From NCBI GenBank assembly GCA_041694175.1, contig JASMTR010000105.1, positions 1 through 32,000 of the forward strand: a DNA stretch of 32,000 bases, read 5' to 3'. This document shows, piece after piece, positions 24,787 through 32,000 of this stretch. A model generated the notes under the pieces. That model searched no databases, was not told the DNA's origin, and was given only the letters and a program-made list of their open reading frames with translations. The translations under genes and the position numbers were made by a program. The stretch comes from Bacteroidales bacterium. Lineage in GTDB: Bacteria > Bacteroidota > Bacteroidia > Flavobacteriales > Flavobacteriaceae. Numbering within the stretch: the stretch's first letter is position 1; the number at the start of each line of letters is the position of its first letter.

Positions 24787-25134
24787 TTATTTTAGTAAGT
24801 TATCGTCATTTGGAAAAAGAATTGCAGGACTAAATTGTTTAGCTTCATCAGGAGTCATAATAGCATAAGCCATCAAAATTAATATATCTCCTGGCGAAAC
24901 TTTTCTTGCAGCTGCACCGTTAAGGGTTATTTCTCCACTTCCTCTAGGGCCAGGGATAGCGTAAGTTTCTAGACGTTCACCATTTGAATTGTTAACGACT
25001 TGAATTTTTTCACCGTCAAAAATATTAGCGGCATCCATCAAGTCACTATCAATGGTAATACTTCCAATATAATTCAGGTCAGCTCCTGTAACTTTTACGC
25101 GATGTATCTTAGACTTTACTACTGTTATTTGCAT
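24787..25134 (-). CDS. panD: aspartate 1-decarboxylase
   Basis: KSKIHR.KVT.ADLNY.GSITID contains the Gly-Ser self-processing site. Confidence 0.96.
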   Translation of the reverse strand: MQITVVKSKIHRVKVTGADLNYIGSITIDSDLMDAANIFDGEKIQVVNNSNGERLETYAIPGPRGSGEITLNGAAARKVSPGDILILMAYAIMTPDEAKQFSPAILFPNDDNLLK

Positions 25135-25140
25135 TTTTAT

Positions 25141-25980
25141 TTAATTCAAAGCTATATTATCTATTAATCTTACTTTATTGCAGTAAGCTGCTATAAAGGC
25201 TCTATATTTCTTGTCTTTTCTTGCTGTCGATGTCGGTATTAAGTCATCTTCATCAGCTATTTCAAAGTATTCTAATTTAAGATTATTTGTAGACTTAAAA
25301 ACAGATTTAACCTTTTTTTTAAGCTGTTCTATGTTGTGATAATTGAAATTTTGTTTTGCGAATTTTAAGCACTCGTAAATAATTTTTGCATCATCTTTTT
25401 CGTGTTCTGATAGCAATTTATTTCTAGAACTTTTAGCTAATCCATTTGGCTCTCTGAATGTTTTACAGCCAATGATTTCAACATTTTGTCCTGTTAAATT
25501 AACTAATTTTTTTACAATAGCTAGTTGCTGATAATCTTTTTCACCAAAATAAGCCTTATGAGGCTCAACCAAATCAAAAAGTCGATTTAATACAGTGCCA
25601 ACACCATTGAAGTGTCCACTTCTGTATTGACCTTCCATATATTTAGACAAGCTTTCAAAATTAAAAGATTCTGACTTTGGTTCCTCAGGGTAAATCTCTT
25701 CAACTGTAGGCGAATATATTAAAATATTTTTGCTAAGTGCTTCTATTTTTTTTACATCTGTATTCAATGTTCTGGGATAGTTGGATAAATCATTGGGATC
25801 ATTGAATTGTGTAGGGTTCACAAATATCGATACAACAACAATTTCACAATCTTGTTGAGCTTTTTTTATGAGCGACAAATGACCATTGTGCAATGCACCC
25901 ATTGTGGGTACCAGGCCTTTTGAATAAGATGGTTCCTTGTCAATAAAATTTCTTAAGGTATCGATAGCTTTAAATAGCAC
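25141..25980 (-). CDS. panC: pantoate--beta-alanine ligase
   Basis: PTMGALHNGHLSL, VSIFVNPTQF and FGEKDYQQ motifs. The start codon is GTG. Confidence 0.95.
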   Translation of the reverse strand: MLFKAIDTLRNFIDKEPSYSKGLVPTMGALHNGHLSLIKKAQQDCEIVVVSIFVNPTQFNDPNDLSNYPRTLNTDVKKIEALSKNILIYSPTVEEIYPEEPKSESFNFESLSKYMEGQYRSGHFNGVGTVLNRLFDLVEPHKAYFGEKDYQQLAIVKKLVNLTGQNVEIIGCKTFREPNGLAKSSRNKLLSEHEKDDAKIIYECLKFAKQNFNYHNIEQLKKKVKSVFKSTNNLKLEYFEIADEDDLIPTSTARKDKKYRAFIAAYCNKVRLIDNIALN

Positions 25981-26002
25981 GTAAGCTTTTTTAAAATTTA
26001 TG

Positions 26003-26010
26003 CAAAACTA
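26003..26010 (-). promoter_or_regulatory. -7 box TAGTTTTG, candidate panCD promoter
   Basis: The minus strand matches TAnnTTTG, 23 nt upstream of the panC start. Confidence 0.35.
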
Positions 26011-26041
26011 ACATTTTAACCTCAATCCGCATAAATTTTTG

Positions 26042-26049
26042 TAAATTTG
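26042..26049 (+). promoter_or_regulatory. -7 box TAAATTTG, candidate promoter of the glgA-like operon
   Basis: Matches TAnnTTTG, 39 nt upstream of ATG 26088. Confidence 0.4.
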
Positions 26050-26087
26050 CACACTTTTAAATATTACCTGGCTCTAAACGTATTTTT

Positions 26088-26909
26088 ATGAAGGATAAGC
26101 GCGTTCTCTTTGTTTCATCTGAAGTTGTTCCATATCTTCCAGAAAACGATATTTCAACATTATCGTTTGAAGCACCAAAAATGATTAATTCCACAGGCGG
26201 GCAAACCCGTATTTTTATGCCTCGTTTTGGTAACATTAACGAAAGAAGACACCAACTCCATGAAGTTATTCGATTGTCTGGTTTAAATCTTGTTGTAAAT
26301 GATTTAGACATGCCTTTAATCATTAAGGTGGCATCTATTCCAAAAGAAAGGATGCAAGTCTATTTTATAGATAACGAAGATTACTTTAAAAGAAAAGCCA
26401 TGTATACCGATGAAGATGGTGAACTTTTTGAAGATAATGATGAAAGGTGTATATTTTTCGCAAAAGGAGTAATAGAAACTGTAAAAAAACTGAATTGGGC
26501 ACCAGACATTATCCATGTTAATGGTTGGATGGCATCACTTCTACCTCTTTATTTAAAAAACTATTACGGCAACGAGCCTTTATTCAAAGGATCAAAAATC
26601 GTAACATCTATTTATAAAAATAACTTCGAAGGCAAGCTTGATGATAATATGTTCAAAAAAGTGATGTTCGATGGAATTGACGATGATAAAGTCGAGCAAA
26701 TTAAAACCCCAAACTATAATAATTTGATAAAATTATCGATTATGTATTCTGATGGTGTTATAATTGGCAGCGAAAAAATACCTGATGAGTTAGATAATTA
26801 TATTAAGAAATTTAAAAAACCTAAATTAAAATACCATTCTTTAGAAGAATTCACTCAGGCGTACCAAGATTTTTACTTAAAAGATATACTAAATGAAGAG
26901 ATTGATTAA
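26088..26909 (+). CDS. short glycogen/starch-synthase-like protein (GT5 N-terminal domain only, 273 aa)
   Basis: The N-terminus (VLFVSSEV.PY ... GG ... MPR.G) resembles the catalytic N-domain of GlgA. It is about half the length of canonical GlgA. Confidence 0.78.
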   Translation: MKDKRVLFVSSEVVPYLPENDISTLSFEAPKMINSTGGQTRIFMPRFGNINERRHQLHEVIRLSGLNLVVNDLDMPLIIKVASIPKERMQVYFIDNEDYFKRKAMYTDEDGELFEDNDERCIFFAKGVIETVKKLNWAPDIIHVNGWMASLLPLYLKNYYGNEPLFKGSKIVTSIYKNNFEGKLDDNMFKKVMFDGIDDDKVEQIKTPNYNNLIKLSIMYSDGVIIGSEKIPDELDNYIKKFKKPKLKYHSLEEFTQAYQDFYLKDILNEEID

Positions 26910-28497
26910 CTTGAAGTCGAAAATTAAAACTTTTATATTCCTTTTTGCTATCTTAATTTTATCAAATGCATGTGAAGAAGACTTTACACCATTAGGGTCA
27001 GGATTTATTAATAGCCTAACCTTACCTGAACCTTATGAAGTCCAAAATTTAGCTGCTTATAATGATAATATTTTATCTGTTCAATCTAATACATTAAATA
27101 ATTATCTTTTAGGACAATTCAATGACCCTGTATTTGGTAACTCTGATGTGAGTATACTTTCTCAGCTTGAATTACAAAATACAAATCCCAACTTTGGAGA
27201 AGACCCTGTTTTAGATAGTGTCATTTTAACACTTCCTTTATTTTCACAAGTCATTGATAGAAATGAAGAAAATAACAAAGACATATATCGTTTAGATTCA
27301 ATTTTTGGAGATGGCGGCTTTAAAATTTCAATATTTGAATCTAACCAATTTTTATCAGATGTTGATCCTGGTGAAGATGGCGATTTTGAAAATGCTCAAC
27401 TTTATTATTCTAATCAACTTGCTGATTTTGAAAATAATATAGAAAATACACCGTTATTTGTTTCTGAAGACATCATGCCTTCTGAGCTTACAGAAACTCA
27501 AATACTATTTGACCAAATTGACTCTACAACTATAGATACCTTAAGAGTTTCGCCAAGAATAAGATTAAAATTACCAAACGATTTTTTTCAAGAAAAAATT
27601 CTTGACAATCAAAACTCTACAAATCTTGTGAGCCAAAGTAGTTTTAAAAATTTCTTAAGAGGTCTTTATATTAAAACAGGTCAGCTTTCCAATGGAGGCT
27701 CCATGATAAATTTAAACCTCAGTGCACAAGATGCAAATATTAGGCTTTATTACAAATCGCTAAGGCCACCACCTAGTTTAGAAGTAGAAAATGATGAAGA
27801 ATTAGTTGAGACATTTAATAAATTTGATTTAAGGTTTGCAGGTAATACTATTAACTTCTACAACAATACAAACACATTAGATTTATCTAATCAAGACACT
27901 ACCAGTGGTGAAGAGAATTTGTTTATTAAAGGTGGTGAAGGTATTGTTGCTATAGTAGATCCATTTAATGGTCCTGATAGTGATGGTAATGGTGTGGCTG
28001 ACGAAATTGATCAATTAAGGCAAAATAACTGGTTGGTTAACGAAGCAAACTTAATCTTTTATGTTGATGAAAATTTGGCAGACCAAATTCAAAATAAACC
28101 TAATAGAATATTTGCATTTGATTTAGATAGAAATAGGGTACTAATCGATTACAATTTAGATCCCGGTGCCACAAATAATCCATTGACCTCACGACTAAAT
28201 CATTTAGGACCACTTCGAGAAGATGAAAATGGCAATAGTTTTTACAAAATCAGAATCACGAGTCATATTAATAATATAATTAATAACGATTCTATCAACT
28301 CTAGAATTGGAATTGTAGTCACTCAAAACGTAAATCAAGCAAGAATATTAGATGTTCGCGATAGCCAGCTTAATCAAGTAGAAACTTTTATAGAAAGCTC
28401 CATATCAACACCTAGAGGAACTGTATTTCATGGGAATTTATCTCCTGATGAAGAAAAAAGACTTAAATTACAGATATTTTTTACAGAACCTAACTAA
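26893..28497 (+). CDS. DUF4270 family lipoprotein
   Basis: Lipobox LSNAC. Its position between the glgA-like gene and glmS, and its sequence character, fit flavobacterial DUF4270. 17-nt overlap with the upstream gene. Confidence 0.75.
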   Translation: MKRLINLKSKIKTFIFLFAILILSNACEEDFTPLGSGFINSLTLPEPYEVQNLAAYNDNILSVQSNTLNNYLLGQFNDPVFGNSDVSILSQLELQNTNPNFGEDPVLDSVILTLPLFSQVIDRNEENNKDIYRLDSIFGDGGFKISIFESNQFLSDVDPGEDGDFENAQLYYSNQLADFENNIENTPLFVSEDIMPSELTETQILFDQIDSTTIDTLRVSPRIRLKLPNDFFQEKILDNQNSTNLVSQSSFKNFLRGLYIKTGQLSNGGSMINLNLSAQDANIRLYYKSLRPPPSLEVENDEELVETFNKFDLRFAGNTINFYNNTNTLDLSNQDTTSGEENLFIKGGEGIVAIVDPFNGPDSDGNGVADEIDQLRQNNWLVNEANLIFYVDENLADQIQNKPNRIFAFDLDRNRVLIDYNLDPGATNNPLTSRLNHLGPLREDENGNSFYKIRITSHINNIINNDSINSRIGIVVTQNVNQARILDVRDSQLNQVETFIESSISTPRGTVFHGNLSPDEEKRLKLQIFFTEPN

Positions 28498-28511
28498 CCA
28501 AATAAATAATT

Positions 28512-30359
28512 ATGTGTGGAATTGTAGGATATATAGGACATCAAGACGCCTATGACATAGTACTAAAAGGTCTTCAGCGACTTGAATACAGAGGTTATGA
28601 TTCTGCTGGAATAGCACTTTATGACGGTCAAAATCTAAATATTTGTAAAACTAAAGGCAAGGTTTCAGAACTCAATCTAAAGTGTAAAAAAGATCGAGTC
28701 AATAAAGGTAAAGTGGGCATTGGTCATACCAGATGGGCTACTCACGGTGAACCAAATGATGTCAATTCTCATCCTCATTGTTCTAACTCTGGTCGACTAG
28801 CTATTATTCACAATGGGATTATAGAAAATTACGATTCTATTAAAAAAGTATTGGAAAATAGAGGTTATACTTTTAAATCTGAAACTGACACTGAAGTCTT
28901 AGTCAACCTCATCGAAGAAGTAATGACTAAAGAAAAAGTTAAATTAGGTAAAGCTGTTCAAATTGCTTTAAACCAAACAGTTGGGGCATACGCTATAGCC
29001 GTATTTGACAAACAAAAACCAAACGAAATTGTTGTCGCTAGATTAGGTAGCCCACTAGCTATTGGAGTTGGTGATAATGAATATTTTATTGCTTCTGATG
29101 CTTCGCCGTTTATTGAATATACAAAATCAGCCATTTACCTTGAAGATGGTGAAATGGGTGTGATAAGACTTGGTAGAGAACCAAAAATTAGAAAAATAAA
29201 AGATGACAAATTAGTTGATCCATATATAACTGAGTTACAAATGAGTTTGGATCAAATTGAAAAAAGTGGGTATGATCATTTTATGCTCAAAGAAATTTAC
29301 GAGCAACCTACGGCTATAAAAGACACCTTTAGAGGTAGAATGTTAGTTGATGAAGGCATTATTAAAATGGCAGGAATAGATGATCATTTAGAAAAATTTG
29401 TTAATGCCAATAGAATAATTATTGTGGCTTGTGGAACATCTTGGCACGCAGGACTGGTTGCTGAATATATTTTTGAAGATATTGCGAGAATACCTGTAGA
29501 AGTAGAATACGCTTCGGAGTTCAGATATCGCAATCCTGTTATTAATAAAAATGACATCTTAATAGCCATTTCACAAAGTGGAGAAACGGCTGATACTATG
29601 GCAGCCATTAAATTAGCTAAAGAAAACGGTGCTTTTGTCTTTGGCGTTTGTAATGTTGTGGGGTCATCCATTTCTAGAGAAACGAATGCTGGCGCCTATA
29701 CGCATGCTGGTCCAGAAATTGGTGTGGCATCAACCAAAGCATTTACAACTCAAATTACTGTTTTAAGTTTAATTGCCATAAAATTAGGTAAAGCCAAAGG
29801 AACCATTTCAAATTCTGATTTTCATTTATATTTAAATGAAATGGAATCTATACCAAGTAAAATAGAAAGAGCTCTCAAACAAAACGATCACATCATAAAA
29901 GTAGCTGACAATTATAAGCTTGCTAAAAATTGTCTTTATCTCGGACGCGGTTATAATTTCCCTGTCGCTCTTGAGGGGGCTTTAAACTTGAAAGAAATTT
30001 CTTATATCCACGCAGAAGGTTATCCTGCTGCCGAAATGAAACATGGGCCAATCGCTTTAATTGACGAAGAAATGCCGGTAATTGTCATTGCAACACGTAA
30101 AGGTCACTACGAAAAAGTAGTCAGTAACATACAAGAAATTAAATCTAGAAAAGGAAAAATAATAGCTATTGTTACAGAAGGTGATCAAACTGTGAAAAAT
30201 ATGGCTGACCACGTTATAGAAGTGCCAGAAACCTTTGAAGCTTTCACACCTTTATTAACAACAATCCCGTTACAATTGCTTTCTTATCACATCGCAGTTA
30301 TGTTAGGAAAAAATGTTGATCAACCTCGAAATTTAGCTAAATCGGTTACCGTTGAGTAG
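28512..30359 (+). CDS. glmS: glutamine--fructose-6-phosphate aminotransferase (isomerizing)
   Basis: MCGIVGY N-terminal nucleophile, two SIS domains, and C-terminal NLAKSVTVE. Confidence 0.97.
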   Translation: MCGIVGYIGHQDAYDIVLKGLQRLEYRGYDSAGIALYDGQNLNICKTKGKVSELNLKCKKDRVNKGKVGIGHTRWATHGEPNDVNSHPHCSNSGRLAIIHNGIIENYDSIKKVLENRGYTFKSETDTEVLVNLIEEVMTKEKVKLGKAVQIALNQTVGAYAIAVFDKQKPNEIVVARLGSPLAIGVGDNEYFIASDASPFIEYTKSAIYLEDGEMGVIRLGREPKIRKIKDDKLVDPYITELQMSLDQIEKSGYDHFMLKEIYEQPTAIKDTFRGRMLVDEGIIKMAGIDDHLEKFVNANRIIIVACGTSWHAGLVAEYIFEDIARIPVEVEYASEFRYRNPVINKNDILIAISQSGETADTMAAIKLAKENGAFVFGVCNVVGSSISRETNAGAYTHAGPEIGVASTKAFTTQITVLSLIAIKLGKAKGTISNSDFHLYLNEMESIPSKIERALKQNDHIIKVADNYKLAKNCLYLGRGYNFPVALEGALNLKEISYIHAEGYPAAEMKHGPIALIDEEMPVIVIATRKGHYEKVVSNIQEIKSRKGKIIAIVTEGDQTVKNMADHVIEVPETFEAFTPLLTTIPLQLLSYHIAVMLGKNVDQPRNLAKSVTVE

Positions 30360-30429
30360 ATCAATTTTTCCCGAAATAGTATCGAAAATTTATTTGAAAA
30401 ACTTTCGGATTTTTTTCATATAAAACCCC

Positions 30430-30437
30430 TATATTTG
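30430..30437 (+). promoter_or_regulatory. -7 box TATATTTG, candidate atpD promoter
   Basis: Matches TAnnTTTG, 33 nt upstream of the atpD ATG. Confidence 0.45.
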
Positions 30438-30466
30438 CAAACCAAAAAAATACATTAAAATCATAG

Positions 30467-31981
<1,515 letters not shown>

Positions 31982-32000
31982 TTGTAGTATGCAGTTTTCA

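Noticed and set aside
28498-28511. Checked for a glmS ribozyme/riboswitch upstream of glmS.
   Set aside because: Only 14 nt separate glmS from the preceding gene, which leaves no room for the ribozyme. That ribozyme is in any case characteristic of Gram-positive lineages.
30371-30416. CCGAAA ... TTTCGG inverted repeat followed by T7 downstream of glmS, considered as a possible terminator.
   Set aside because: The stem is only 6 bp with a 26-nt loop. It may still function because of the T-run, but the structure is too weak for a confident feature call.
31989-32000. ATG at 31989 could be the start of atpC (epsilon subunit), the gene that usually follows atpD.
   Set aside because: Only 4 codons are visible before the window ends, which cannot support a call.

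Overview
AT-rich chromosomal segment with the hallmarks of a Flavobacteriia (Bacteroidota) genome: TAnnTTTG-type -7 boxes upstream of genes, short leaders with no obvious Shine-Dalgarno sequence, an ECF-sigma/FecR/TonB-receptor triad, and DUF4270 and fasciclin lipoproteins. I support one initiator tRNA-Met and about 31 protein genes. Most are housekeeping (alaS, hpt, adk, engB, recX, pepD, xth, radA, panDC, glmS, atpD). A small accessory islet at 4.8-6.3 kb carries two toxin-antitoxin pairs, HepT/MntA and HigBA. I saw no rRNA, CRISPR array, transposase, integrase or prophage genes. The most unusual signal is a 21-nt, very GC-rich micro-element present in at least three copies. One copy is inserted in frame into the universally conserved WSFGDYFK motif of alanyl-tRNA synthetase. 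A second copy is 18/21 identical, inverted, and inserted in frame just before the catalytic C-terminus of the HigB toxin; deleting it restores a canonical ...IVDYH end. A third, more diverged copy lies in an intergenic region, where it interrupts an array of TTYGCG motifs. This resembles Rickettsia palindromic elements (in-frame insertion into ORFs) but is far shorter, and I do not recognise it as a described system. A second unexplained structure is a ~130-nt imperfect palindrome between adk and an alpha/beta hydrolase gene; it could be a structured RNA (6S-like) or a MITE-like relic.
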